A DNA stretch of 64,000 nt from Corallochytrium limacisporum Hawaii (taxonomy: Eukaryota; Protista; Pluriformea), in NCBI GenBank assembly GCA_002811645.1, contig PDIP01000067.1, forward strand, positions 116,550 through 180,549, given 5' to 3'. This document shows, piece after piece, positions 1 to 11,809 of the stretch. A model generated the notes under the pieces. That model had not been told where the DNA came from. It searched no databases and saw only the letters and a list, made by a program, of their open reading frames with translations. Made by a program: the position numbers and the translations under genes. The stretch's first letter is position 1, and each line of letters starts with the position of its first letter.

Positions 1-25
1 TCTCTCTGTCGGGAGTGTCAATATC

Positions 26-1210
26 CTACTGCAACTTCTGCATAGCACGTGTAGGATCTTCATCCCACTCCGCTTTGCTAATCCAAAAGTCAGGCCGGTC
101 CTTCATAATCTCAGCAAGGACAGCACCGCCATTAAACACCATGTGCTTACGGTTCGGGGGGTCCATGACCTTAATCTTAAATTTGGACAACCGGGAAAGG
201 TCACCCTTCAGGGTACGCTCGGCATATAGCTGCTTCATCTCACGCTCAATGCGACTTGGGGTGCCCGGATACATTGTGGATCCACCACTGAGCACAACAT
301 TCTTGTAAAAGGTCGACCGTGTGTCAATATCTGTACTCTGAATGGAGTTGAACAACTGCTCGGCCATGCCGGCCTGTTCGACGTTGATCAGGTGGGGTTG
401 GAAGAGGGCCTCGGCAGCCTCGAAGCGCTCACTGCCCAACGAAATCACGCGACCGTCTGGTAGCTCGTACTTCTCCATTAGAGTGGTGGTTTCTAATGCG
501 AGTTTTTGTTCCTGCTTAGTGTCATAGGCTACGTAGCAGAGTTTCTCCTTGATCTGACGCACCGTCTCGTAGTCAGCGCTCTGGTTGAAAGCGTATCCCC
601 GCAGGAGCAGTAGCTTAATCAAGTAACGAGTAATGTCGCGGCCTGCCACATCAAGACGGCGCATGCTATCCTTCAGGACATGACCCTCATACACAGGAAT
701 AATATGAGTAACACCATCGCCAGAGTCCACGACCACACCGGTTGTCAGACCCTGGGCGTACAGCACTAGCACGGCCTGGGTACCCACGTACACGCTTTGG
801 AATCCGTACTTCTCAAACATAATGTCAATCATCTGCTTACGGTTGCTGATTGGATTCCGTGGGGCCTCGGTGAGAAGAACCTTGCATTCCTTCGGGTTGC
901 TCTTCATACGATCGTAGAAAGTGTGGTCCCAGATCCGCTCCATGTCATCCCAGTGTTTAATGATACCATTCTCCATGGGGTAGCGGAGGTCAAGGTTTGC
1001 CCGATTGTCACTAGCCTCCTGTCCGACCATGATATCATCCAGTTTTGTACTTCCCACAGTGGAGTCTACGCGAAGGAATGGCCGTCCGACCAAACTCGGG
1101 AACATGTCCCGAGGGTACTTGTCGTCGGCGTAGCCGCACTTAACGAAACCGGTACCATTGTCGCAGACAATAGTTGTCTTGCGTAGTTGCTCTACTGTCT
1201 CCATGCCCAT
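26..1210 (-). CDS. ARP2: Actin-related protein 2 (Arp2/3 complex)
   Basis: 394-aa intronless ORF with [53 protein letters not shown] and [11 protein letters not shown], the Arp2-specific actin-fold motifs. Confidence 0.97.
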   Translation of the reverse strand: MGMETVEQLRKTTIVCDNGTGFVKCGYADDKYPRDMFPSLVGRPFLRVDSTVGSTKLDDIMVGQEASDNRANLDLRYPMENGIIKHWDDMERIWDHTFYDRMKSNPKECKVLLTEAPRNPISNRKQMIDIMFEKYGFQSVYVGTQAVLVLYAQGLTTGVVVDSGDGVTHIIPVYEGHVLKDSMRRLDVAGRDITRYLIKLLLLRGYAFNQSADYETVRQIKEKLCYVAYDTKQEQKLALETTTLMEKYELPDGRVISLGSERFEAAEALFQPHLINVEQAGMAEQLFNSIQSTDIDTRSTFYKNVVLSGGSTMYPGTPSRIEREMKQLYAERTLKGDLSRLSKFKIKVMDPPNRKHMVFNGGAVLAEIMKDRPDFWISKAEWDEDPTRAMQKLQ

Positions 1211-2173
1211 GATCTGGTATGTGACTGTTCTAAAGACCCGCCGTTGCGATTACCTATGATCACTCTTTTCGCAATACAGAAAGACAGTGAATGGTTTTCC
1301 ATTATGAAATGATTTCCTGCTTCTCGTACCTTCTGCTCATCAAGGACGCACAACGAATATTTACACTGCACCGTTGTTGAACAGTGACTATCATTGGGCT
1401 GATTTGTGACAAGAGGAGAAGCAAGCTCATCTAGCGAAGAGTGCGGATATCTCGGTGGAGTGTTATGGCTTTTGGTAGTCGGTCTCCCCTCTGCGCTGCT
1501 TTCGAAACCGTGAAAGACCTCACAGACCTAAGCCAATTCGCAGGATCGCAACTCCCCTCTGTGACTATTGGCTGAAATTCGTGGCTAGAATTGTATCTCT
1601 GCTCTCCCTCTCCCCCAAAGCGTCACGTTCAGACCCGCCTTGCAGACACGGAAACCAAAACAATGGAAGCGCGCAACCCGGATCCGAACAGGTTCAGTTT
1701 CAAGGCGCCCAGCATTTCTCTCCGCCATTGTTTTGCTTTTTTGTCCCTCTTTTTGCCGGTACCACACAGAGCTCTTGCCGACTTACCAACATTGACTAGG
1801 AAAAACAACCCAAATCCAATAGGAACTCTTTTTTTACCTATGAAACAGCTAACTTTCCCAGCTTTATGGAAATAACTGAAATCCTCATTTCATTGAGTTA
1901 AAGCTAATGCGATATCGCTTTGTCGTATATGCACTATGGAGATTTATTGTGGGCCTTGTACTAACACCATGCGACTTCGGTGCCAACGGTCACCGGATTT
2001 GCGTCCCAATGCTTTCATAGGTGCGCCTTTTTCTGGGGTCTATAATGTACGCGAGCTACCACGGTCAGACCATCGAGCTGGTACGGACGAACATAACGGT
2101 CTCTCTGTTGTTGAGTCAGGCCATTCGCCTGGAATGTGTTGACAGGCTACAAAAATCCGAAAGTGTCACGCGT

Positions 2174-2995
2174 ATGAAATCAGATACTAGGTCTGCATCA
2201 GCAACGAACCTGACGTCTTGGGAGCTGGGCGCGATGGCACCATCCAAGGAGGACAACATCTATGAGACTGACGAGCTCGTCAGTCAGTACATTGATTTCC
2301 ACTACGATCCTGAGGAACACTGGGGTGTTCCAAACTTCCCTAAGAAGTGTGCGGATATCTGCATCAGTTTGTGCAAGGAACAGAACGTGCCTACCCGCCG
2401 AGCGTACGACATTGGCTGCGCTACCGGACGGTCTACCCTCGAGTTGGCCACTGTTTTCGACTACGTGCTTGGCATTGACTTCAGTGAACGGTTTGTTGAG
2501 ACAGCCCAGGCTGTAAAGGACGGCAAGAAGATCCTTTACAAGGTACGTGAAGAAGGTAGCCTGTTCCAGGAGAGGTCTATTCAGGGGTTTCACGACAAGG
2601 ACGCCAGCTCGCGGGCCCAGTTCAAAGTCGGTGACGCCTGCAACCTTGACCCTTCCCACAGCAACTTTGATCTCATTTTCTGCGGCAACTTGATCGATCG
2701 TCTGTACGAGCCTTCTCAGTTCTTGTTGAACGTGGGTGCCCACCTCAACAGTGGCGGTTTGCTCGTGCTCACTTCCCCTTACACTTGGCTAACAGAGTTC
2801 ACTCCGGAGGCGAGCTGGGTGGGTGGCAAGATCACTGGGACAGGAGAGCGTCTGTACACATACGAAGGTCTGAAGCAAATGCTGGAAAAGGAGTTTGATG
2901 AAGTGACCAATCAGGATGTCGAATTTGTGATCCGGGAGACTCGCCGCAAATACCAGCACACCAAGGCCCACATGACGGTATGGAAAAAGAAGTAA
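2174..2995 (+). CDS. SAM-dependent methyltransferase homologous to the OvoA C-terminal domain (5-thiohistidine N-methyltransferase-like), stand-alone
   Basis: NIYETDELVSQYIDFHY, GVPNFP, YDIGCATGR (SAM motif I), GDACNL, NLIDRLYEP, SPYTWL and FVIRETRRKYQH match the OvoA methyltransferase domain as I recall it. The start is ATG 2174 or 2234; the ORF-track GTG start at 2021 is unlikely in a eukaryote. Confidence 0.85.
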   Translation: MKSDTRSASATNLTSWELGAMAPSKEDNIYETDELVSQYIDFHYDPEEHWGVPNFPKKCADICISLCKEQNVPTRRAYDIGCATGRSTLELATVFDYVLGIDFSERFVETAQAVKDGKKILYKVREEGSLFQERSIQGFHDKDASSRAQFKVGDACNLDPSHSNFDLIFCGNLIDRLYEPSQFLLNVGAHLNSGGLLVLTSPYTWLTEFTPEASWVGGKITGTGERLYTYEGLKQMLEKEFDEVTNQDVEFVIRETRRKYQHTKAHMTVWKKK

Positions 2996-3084
2996 GCAAC
3001 GGCAATCTTGAGGACTGTCTTTGTAACTAGTAGCCGATGTATCATATAGTTCTGGTCGTTTTGAACTCCGTAGATGGTTTATTC

Positions 3085-4161
3085 TCATGTTTTTGGTGCT
3101 TCTGACTCTTCCTTTTCTCTGGCTTCCTGTTCTCTCTTACGTCTGGCAACCAGCTGTCTCTTCTTTGTTTCCTGGATTAAACGGTCAAAATCACCTCTGT
3201 TGCTGGCGAGGACTTGTGTGCGAAACTTTTCGTGGTCTTCCTCAGTGCGTACATTATCTATCATCCGGGATACAGCGTCAGAGGACGAGGAGTCGTGCCG
3301 ATTGCGCTTCTCCCAGTCCAGCACATCCTTCACAATTTGTTCCTTGCTCTTTGGTTGAATAGAATCACAGGATGCATTCCAGCGCAGAATAAACTCGCTC
3401 AACCGCTTCTCTTGTTCTGGTTTTGGAATGCCGCTCCCCGAAAATCCGAATTCTGCCAGTTTCTTTTTTAGCTCTGCTGGTTTCATCATATGCGGAAGAA
3501 GTGTGGGTAGTTTCCTGCGCGTTTCCTGTGGCTTTGATAGGTGTCCACCGTTCACCTGTGGCGAAGTTGTGCGTCCATTTGGTGGTGACGGGGGTGTACG
3601 GCCCGAGGTTCTGTCTTGATTGACACTTACGTGCTTGGGCGGTGCTGATGTCGGAGCCCTGCCGTCACCATTGAGACACATATCTAGATGCTGATTAATG
3701 AAATCAGGGTCCACTTTCTTTGCACAAATTGGACATTCTACACGGCTTCCCGCGGATAAGGCTTTTGTTGATGATGTTTGTGCTGGTGCAGCCGAAGACG
3801 GCTCCGCAGTGACTTCACTGGCCTCTGTCTCCAAATTTACGCCCTGATTAATCTCTGATACTCGCCTTCTTTTTGAACTCCGGGTTGCCTTAGAGTCTTT
3901 GAAAGCTGCCTTTAATTTGGAGAAGGACTCTACGATTAAGCAAAATGTGTTATCCGACACAATGTCTACTGTGCTGGCATTACCGTTACATTGGGGGCAT
4001 TGGCTCTTGTGTACCAAGTATTTACGAATACAAAATGAGCAGAATCTGTGTTGGCATTGCCGCAAGACCACTGCTCCATTTATCAGATCATGGCAAATGG
4101 GACACTGGAGATGTGTCTCCAGGGCATGAAGTTCATTCATGTCTGTTAATATACCCGGCAT
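3085..4161 (-). CDS. RAD18: Postreplication repair E3 ubiquitin ligase Rad18
   Basis: N-terminal RING (CPICHD...CQHRFCSFCIRKYL...CPQC), UBZ finger (VECPICAKKV...INQHLDMCL) and SAP-like region followed by WNASCD. Confidence 0.92.
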   Translation of the reverse strand: MPGILTDMNELHALETHLQCPICHDLINGAVVLRQCQHRFCSFCIRKYLVHKSQCPQCNGNASTVDIVSDNTFCLIVESFSKLKAAFKDSKATRSSKRRRVSEINQGVNLETEASEVTAEPSSAAPAQTSSTKALSAGSRVECPICAKKVDPDFINQHLDMCLNGDGRAPTSAPPKHVSVNQDRTSGRTPPSPPNGRTTSPQVNGGHLSKPQETRRKLPTLLPHMMKPAELKKKLAEFGFSGSGIPKPEQEKRLSEFILRWNASCDSIQPKSKEQIVKDVLDWEKRNRHDSSSSDAVSRMIDNVRTEEDHEKFRTQVLASNRGDFDRLIQETKKRQLVARRKREQEAREKEESEAPKT

Positions 4162-4939
4162 TACTTGTCACATGGCTTTGTCGATGTGTCGATTGTTTCC
4201 CTATGTCTTAGAAGTGGTACTCTGTGCATGAAAGACGCCGCTGGATATCTCTTGATGTACCTGCGGCCCGCCTGATCTGGAACAAAGCTCAGGACCGCTT
4301 CGGCAATAGCAGAACTTCGGGGATTAGCCCCCCTTGCCCAGAGCTGCTCAGGACACGAAGGGAAAAAGCGCGAAAACTGGCGAAAAGGTCGATGGCACAA
4401 TAGAAATACTCCCCGGATGTGAATACACACAACGATGGAAAGCACACACAAACCATTTCACACACAAAAGCTGTTTTTTTTCGGAGAGAGCAAATTACGA
4501 AGGAAAGTTTGAGAAAAAGAATTCGAGTGGAGAGATGGGGGGATAACTATGAGTTAGTGGTGGGTAGAACCTCATACTAAAATACCCATACTCGGATTGA
4601 GCCAGTGATACAGTACTGAAAGTACCAGGTCTCCAAAATGTACACTCTTTTCCATAGTGAACGACCCACAAGGCCCCCGCCCTGACCCAGCGCCTATGCC
4701 TGTGGCTCGGAGCATACATGACTATAGGGATTCGCTCTCATGGCCGCCTCGTAGTATTGAAATGAACTCCATCCAGCGAGCCATTTCATTACCGACCTTG
4801 TAGCTTGTGACGAAATACCATATCGTTTGCTCATAGTTATCAAAACCTATTTCAAGTTTGTAATTCTAGTAGATTGCAATCTTGACTGGATTTCCTTATT
4901 GCATCGGGAAATAGGGTTTCTTATCGAATTGCATCCAAA

Positions 4940-5422
4940 ATGACTAACCCCAAGGGATACCGCCGCGGAACGCGGTACATGTTTTCCCGTAAGTTCAAGG
5001 ATAACGGTCGCTTCCCCATCACTCAGTACCTGCAGACTTACAAGCGCGGTGATATCGTCGACATCGTTACCAATGGTGCTATCCACAAGGGTATGCCCCA
5101 CAAGTTCTACCACGGAAAGACTGGTATTGTTTACAACGTTACCCCCCGTGGTATTGGTGTGATCATCAACAAGCAGGTGCGCCATCGTATTATCAAGAAG
5201 CGTATTAATGTGCGTGTGGAGCACATTCAGCACAGTACCTGCCGTCTGGATTTCCTGCGTCGTGTGAAGGAGAATGACCGTCTGCGTAGCGAGGCTAAGG
5301 CCAAGGGTGTCCAGATCAATCTCAAGCGCACTCCTGCCCAGCCCGCTAAGGCTGAGCTGGTGAAGGCCAAGAATGAGACCATCGAAACCATCACCCCCCA
5401 GAAGTACGTCCTTATCGCATAA
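4940..5422 (+). CDS. RPL21: 60S ribosomal protein L21 (eL21)
   Basis: MTNPKGYRRGTRYMFSR, KGMPHKFYHGKTG and RINVRVEH; strong codon bias. Confidence 0.98.
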   Translation: MTNPKGYRRGTRYMFSRKFKDNGRFPITQYLQTYKRGDIVDIVTNGAIHKGMPHKFYHGKTGIVYNVTPRGIGVIINKQVRHRIIKKRINVRVEHIQHSTCRLDFLRRVKENDRLRSEAKAKGVQINLKRTPAQPAKAELVKAKNETIETITPQKYVLIA

Positions 5423-6075
5423 TTGCATCATATATTGGGAGAAACTTTGGGTGTACATATTTTGTTTTCAGCATCACACATCACAGAAGCGATTGCGTTT
5501 CAAATTAAGTCACATTTTTACATCATGGCATGCAGGGCCGGTATAGGACATGATCAGGGTTCCTCAGGAGCAATGGATTCCATGTACAGAAATGTCAGCC
5601 CTCTTGGCATACCATCCTTTTACATAACTACTAAGCATGTTTAGCGTTGGACTCTTTCGTGGACCAACAACAACTCACAAGCATAAGAAAATACACACTA
5701 GCATTTCCTTTTCTTAGACTGTCTCTTCTTGACCTGGGCATCATGAACTGTTGTTCGACATCTGAGTTCCCAAAGAGCTGAAACATCCGCATCTGCAGCC
5801 CGTGGGCCAGAAGGCGAGGCTCCACATCTATCAAAGGGAAACGAAATACTTTGGGAGCGAAAAATTTAATCTGGTCTCATTGCCCAAGCCCAACCTTTTC
5901 CTCTCCGGTCCCTCTCCCGGCCGGGGAGGGTGAGTCTCACTGTGGGTCTCATAAATCATCACGAGACTCTGGTACTTCAATGCCATCCATTCTGCAGAAC
6001 ATGTATTGAGCTCATGGCTCGTTCCTCTCAAGCCAATTAAATTGCAACAGTTACGAAATGACATAAAAAAACAAC

Positions 6076-7988
6076 ATGACATCCAGAGAGAAACTGTTGA
6101 CAGCAACGTGGTCTGCGCCTAAAGCAGATGTACATCTGTGTGGGCTAGACAAGATCACATCCGACTACATTGCATTGCAAAAGCAGAAGGAAGCTCTGAC
6201 CTCAGACCTCAATCTACGGGTAAGTTTTACGTAGTACTGCAAGATACATCCTTACACGAACATTTCTAACAGTCAAGTAGACGGCAGAAAGAGATGATGA
6301 GCGGGCCAAAGTTGTCAAACTCAAAGGCCAGTACCAGCATGCTATAAACACCTTGGCTGCTGCGAACGAAGAGAAAGCCAATCAAAATACTGCTCTGAAA
6401 GAACTTAGTAACGAGTAAGTGTGCTCCTGTCCGGATTGAACGTAGTGTAGTACACAATCTGTTGTTGTATATTTGTGGATACTAACTACAAAGAGTTCTT
6501 TGTAAGCATCGCAGAGTGGAATCCATCAAGATATTCCTAAAGGACTTACAAACGATTGCAGACTCTTACATGGAGAGCTGCAGTATTGCAACTGAGCAAG
6601 CAAAAGAGCTCAATGATTTCAAAGACGATCTGTTCAAGAAATTTGAATCTGCACGGCGCGATATTATGGAGTCTTCCACACGCGTTCAGACAGTTGATGA
6701 AGCCCTGGAGAGTCTCAGTCAAGATGTGCAAGGACTTGCAATCACCATGCTGTCCATCGAAGACCTTCAACAGCGAATTGTGCACCTTCAGTCCAAGTTG
6801 GATGAGAATAAACAGGCGCAAGAAGTCACTGATGGCGCGTACCAGAAGGAAAGCGCACTCCTGAAGGCAAGCATACACGAAGCTGAAGATCAACTTACTG
6901 CCTTAAGACGGCAGTGCCAAACTTCAGAGGCAACTGTACAAAAGCGAGAACAGGAGGTCAGATCTTTGAGCAAGGAGCTTGCAAAATCACAAACGGATCT
7001 TGATAGTGCGCACGAGAAGATCCACAGGCTTAAGGAGGAAGGGACTTCAGCCAGGCAAGAAATCAGTGCGTTGCAAGAGAAGCTCCAGAAAGCTGAAAAT
7101 GGGCGAGAGTTGGCCATCCAATCTAAAGCAAAGCATGCAGATGAGTTTCAAAAGTTGAGGTGCCATAGTGACGAGCTCCAGAAAGAGCTCAACCTCATTG
7201 TCAAGAAACATGCAGACTCTCTTCAGGGATTTCTCCGAACCTTAGGTCATCCAAAGCTTGAGAAATATCGTGAATGTGGCGCAGGCGGGAGCGGTGATGA
7301 GCCTGAATGGGAGGCGATCAAGGAGCAGGTCGAGACGCAAATGCTGCACCTAATTTCTCTTCTGGAGAGAGGTAATGCTTTTGTGGTCCCTTCTTCCAAT
7401 CAGACTCCGGAGGCATTCAAAACCCCAGACAAGAACAATGTCGACCTGTCCCAAGTGCAACTCACCGACTTGTTCGGCACCCTCGGCAACAAAGATGCAT
7501 ATCGTGTGGAAAAGAATGAAGCTCCAGAGGTACCGAAAGCACAACACAAGCGCAATCTCCATTTCAGAGTCCGTGAGGAGGAGGAGGCAGCCCACACTGA
7601 TCTTTTCAGACATCCAAGTGGTGTCTTCGGGCAGCCACAGGCAAGGAAGACTCAATCGCACCAGCGTTCCAGTATCTTACGTGATCCGGTACCACAATCT
7701 CATCTTGCGTTCAGCAAACCACCTATCAACTGCAGTGCAGAATCAATTCATGCTAATACCAACCCGTCACTTGCAATCTTGAGAAGGCATCCTCGGAGTA
7801 ACCAGTCACGCAGCGAGGCTGAAGTTCCTGGAGCGCAGTGCAACACGAAGACAAACGCGTCTCGCAGGCCTAGGATCGGCGCTCATACCAGGTGTACTCG
7901 CACGAAAAAGCAGTCTAGCAAGGCAAAGGCACAAACCAAGCCTGCTGCATCTCACCAAGACGATGATATCTACCACATGGTTGTGTAG
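6076..7988 (+). CDS. Three-exon coiled-coil protein of unknown function (~583 aa); exons 6076-6219, 6281-6414, 6515-7988
   Basis: Intron 6220-6280 (GTAAGT...CTAAC...TAG) and intron 6415-6514 (GTAAGT...TACTAAC...CAG) join the exons in frame with the 490-aa ORF. An in-frame alternative acceptor exists at AAG 6491-6493. The protein has a long E/K/Q/L heptad region and a basic disordered tail. The 5' end is uncertain. Confidence 0.75.
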
Positions 7989-8487
7989 GAACGATGGGAA
8001 TCTTGGAATGGTAGTTCGCGTCGACGAGGCAGGCCTATAGTGCACTTTCCCCTCCTAGCCCGGCTCTGACTGACCTTCCTGGACCACCCACTCGCCTTGC
8101 GTGTTCTATCGGACAGTGTACTTTACAGTTCCATTTTCGGAATATCCTTCACTTCATATTAAACTTGCGTCACCGTTCAAATGCCGGTTTCGGTTCCACT
8201 GTTACACAATTTGCCGTCCCCCGAAGGCGGGGGAGGGGGCGCGTGGAGTCCAGGAATCACCAGGAACTTTTGCTGAATGGGAGAGGTCTGGCGGTCTGCT
8301 TGTCGTCAACGATGACAAAGAAGTCACGAGAGGACCTCGCTTCTTGACATGTTCGGAACACGTAGTTCCTTTTGATGGGATAGGTACTTGGACAGTGTAA
8401 CCTGAATTCAACGTCACAAGCTTGGAGTCAATGTGAGATATCTGTAATGCGAATCGGACAAGAGCTTAGTTATTCGTGCACTTCAAA

Positions 8488-9264
8488 ATGACTCGCAGAT
8501 CATATGCCGCCCGTGCGGCCGACCACCCAAACCCCATCGTCAAAAAGCTGTTCCAGCTGATGGAGGATAAGGAAACTAACATCTGCTTGTCTGCTGACGT
8601 TCACGACATGGACGAAATTTTGGAGCTCGCAAAGCTATTGGGGCCCCACATTTGCATGCTCAAAACACACATCGATATTGTGCCTAATTTCACACTGGAC
8701 AAGGCTATGGAGTTGTACCGCATGAGTGAGGAAATGGGATTTGTTATCTTTGAGGACCGCAAATTTGCAGACATTGGTAATACTGTGTCGATGCAGTACA
8801 GCAGTGGCATCTACAAGATTGCAGAGTGGTCGCATATCACGAATGCGCACACCGTGCCCGGACCTGGTATAATTCGGGGACTAGCAAAAGTTGGTCTAGA
8901 GAAGGGCCGCGGTCTGCTTCTGTTGGCAGAGATGTCCAGTGTCGGAAATCTTGCGGTTGGAGAGTACACAGAAAAAACCATCTCAATGGCGAAGGAGAAC
9001 AAGGATTTTGTAATTGGATTTGTGTCACAGCGAAAACTGATTCCAGAAGATGATCATTTCATTGTTACAACTCCTGGCGTTTCTTTAGTGTCTAAGGGCG
9101 ATGCACTTGGGCAGCAATACCGTAGTCCATCTGACGCGATCAACGATGGCTCTGACATAATCATCGTCGGTAGAGGGATTCTTGCTCAAAAGGATCGAAT
9201 TGAAGCAGCTAAGCAATACAAACAGAACGCTTGGGAAGCGTACAAAAAGGATCTGCAGGCATAG
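8488..9264 (+). CDS. URA3: Orotidine 5'-phosphate decarboxylase, monofunctional
   Basis: Catalytic signature FEDRKFADIGNT, plus KTHID, GLLLLAEMSS, TPGV, DALGQQY and IIVGRGI. ATG at 8488. Confidence 0.96.
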   Translation: MTRRSYAARAADHPNPIVKKLFQLMEDKETNICLSADVHDMDEILELAKLLGPHICMLKTHIDIVPNFTLDKAMELYRMSEEMGFVIFEDRKFADIGNTVSMQYSSGIYKIAEWSHITNAHTVPGPGIIRGLAKVGLEKGRGLLLLAEMSSVGNLAVGEYTEKTISMAKENKDFVIGFVSQRKLIPEDDHFIVTTPGVSLVSKGDALGQQYRSPSDAINDGSDIIIVGRGILAQKDRIEAAKQYKQNAWEAYKKDLQA

Positions 9265-10127
9265 GATTCTAATACTCCGAATGAAATTGATTTCAAAGCA
9301 ACAAATTGAATTTATCCACAAGGCAAAGTCATTTATTGAATACAGGACAAGTTTAATTTTAATTGTGAATACGCCAAATACTCGATCGAAACTTGATTCC
9401 AATATTGGTCCATAAGCATAAAACTTCACAACCGTACACATAGCGTTTGCGACTTCAATTGTTGGCAACTTCATCGCATAAAGTGAGCTTTAAGTCTTAA
9501 CGTTCTTGGTTTTGTAAGAATTTGCATAAATCATTGAGCTTCAGGATCTTGCTGAATTAATACAAGTGCATACGCTGTATTCCTACCGTGGTCTCTTCAA
9601 AGCTCGCTCTATAACGATTAGGTGTTTATTGGCGTGGATATGATTTCTTGAGTTGATGTACGTATATTCTATAGCTTGGATTGGCGGTAATTGTTGGTGT
9701 CTTCAGTTTTCATCGTCTTTGCTTGAATGCCCTTGGTTGCGAGTATTGATCGAAGTCAGAAACACCCCAGTCTTCTGTTGACATCGAATAATAGCTGGGA
9801 TCCTCATCAAGGAGCGGACCGGACCATAGAAGGTCCTTCACGTTGAACACGTAGACGCACTAAAAATTCATGGATTCCTTGATAGGGTTTTCACACTGGA
9901 AATACTTTTATTTTCATACATTTGGTTACAGACATGGAGTGCACTTCACAACCTGGTGAGATACGCTTTGTCCCATTTACCTGCCTGCTCTGGGTTAAGT
10001 TATTGAACAGCAGAGCAAACAGGCGCGACGACTATTCAAACATGCTAGCATTTCCTTGAGCATGCCAAGTTCATGTCCGATGCTTCACAGTCGACCCAAG
10101 CTGAAAGCCAACCGTTGCAAGAAAATT

Positions 10128-10565
10128 CTAACCGCTCATGACCAAGTTAACAAAGTCCCTGTAGTTGACCTCACCGTCCTTGCCAATTTCAATGTTGTTG
10201 AACAGGTGGTCGACCTCCTTGTCAGTCAGCTGCTCACCCAGGCTAGTCAGAATGTGACGGAGCTCGGCAGTGCTCATGGTGCCATTGCCCTCCTTGTCAA
10301 AGATTTTGAGACCCTCAACAAACTCTTCCTTGGTGCCCAGGTCACGCTTAACACGAGGCAGGTAGGACAGAACTTCCTCGAAAGTGTGGCGCTTGTCACC
10401 GTTCTCGGAGATGATGGCCTTGACCTCGGCTTCGGTAGGGTTCTTTCCCAGAGCGCGCAGGCAGGTGCCCAAGTCAGCAGAGTCAATCTTGTCGTCTCCA
10501 ACCTTGTCCAGCAACTTGAAGGCCTCGCGCATGTCAGCGAGCTGGTCGTCGGTGTAGTTAGCCAT
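10128..10565 (-). CDS. Myosin essential light chain (EF-hand)
   Basis: REAFKLLDKVGD, LRALGKNPTEAEV, EEFVEGLKIFDKEGNG and AELRHILTSLGEQLTDKEV. Confidence 0.92.
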   Translation of the reverse strand: MANYTDDQLADMREAFKLLDKVGDDKIDSADLGTCLRALGKNPTEAEVKAIISENGDKRHTFEEVLSYLPRVKRDLGTKEEFVEGLKIFDKEGNGTMSTAELRHILTSLGEQLTDKEVDHLFNNIEIGKDGEVNYRDFVNLVMSG

Positions 10566-11809
10566 TTTCAATCTGTTCTATGAATTCAAAGGTTAATCCC
10601 TTACACTCCACACTTGCACGGGTACCAGACCTATGCTATTCTCTTTTAGTACTAGGTGACAGACTTACTTGCTCTACTCCGCACGGAAGCAAAGGTATTT
10701 TCAAGTACCTTGACCTCTATACTACATGGCGCAGATCTATTCCAATATTGGAGACTCGCACAAACGTTTGCTGGTGTCGTCTTGAGAAACGAGATAGAGA
10801 ACAGCAGAGGCCGACGAAAAAGTGGTGGCCTCCAGTATCTCTACGACGGCCAGCCACCCTATCCGCGCCGGGAAGCCCTGTTGCCTTCAACAGGCCGCGA
10901 AAATTTTCTCTTCTGCTTTGTCGCCCCCCTCGCCGTGTTTCTTTAGCCAACCACAGCCTATGGAAAGGGAACGGAACAAATAGGACGCATAAAAAGGGAG
11001 ACGCAGTAGAAACAAACTTGTTGCTGTCTTGCCGTCCGTACACTCAACGTTTTCTTCCTTTGTTTGCGTTGGCCGAGGGATTTATGTGCTAGCGACTGCG
11101 GTGGAGTAGAGACCAGTTCCAACAAAGCAGTTGAGTTGGTCTGTGTATCCAACCACGCCCCACTAACCCTTTCAGTACTCTACGGACGTCACAAGTTCAG
11201 AATTGGTCCCGGTTTAATAATGAATGTATTAACATATTCAATTGCGTTGCCTAATTTACCCCACAACTTGACTGGTTTGCCACGTTGATTCCTTTGTGTC
11301 TTTTGCACTCTCTGGTGGGTGCAACGCCCCTATGCAACTGTAACCAAGACCCCTGATTGGTTGTATCGACGGCTGTGTTTCCAACGTATGCTTTCACGGC
11401 AAACAGGGGAAGGAACAGACTTGAAGTGCCTGAGACAGGTCATTCGGGGGACAAAACGAACTTATTGAGTACACGGTGTGAACGAGGAAATAAACTGGCA
11501 TACTGCTCCGCCACTGTACCCACTCTGCTCCCTACCGAAGAAGAGGGGCAGGCACCCTTGCAACCAGCCCTCGCCTGCGATTGGGCTGGAATGGACCAAT
11601 CATCAGAGCTGTAGCCAATTCAACAATGAAGAGTTAGGGGATCAGTGTAGAACCGAGGGACCGTTGTGCCAGGGGAAGGAGAATTTACGCGCGATTAGTT
11701 TGTAGCTAGGGCTGCAGCTGTTTCAGGGCCATCTACCAATGCAGAGTGGGAGCTGATTATAGCACATCTTTACGGTGCTGGTCAGCTAGATGCATCGATT
11801 CCCATTGCA

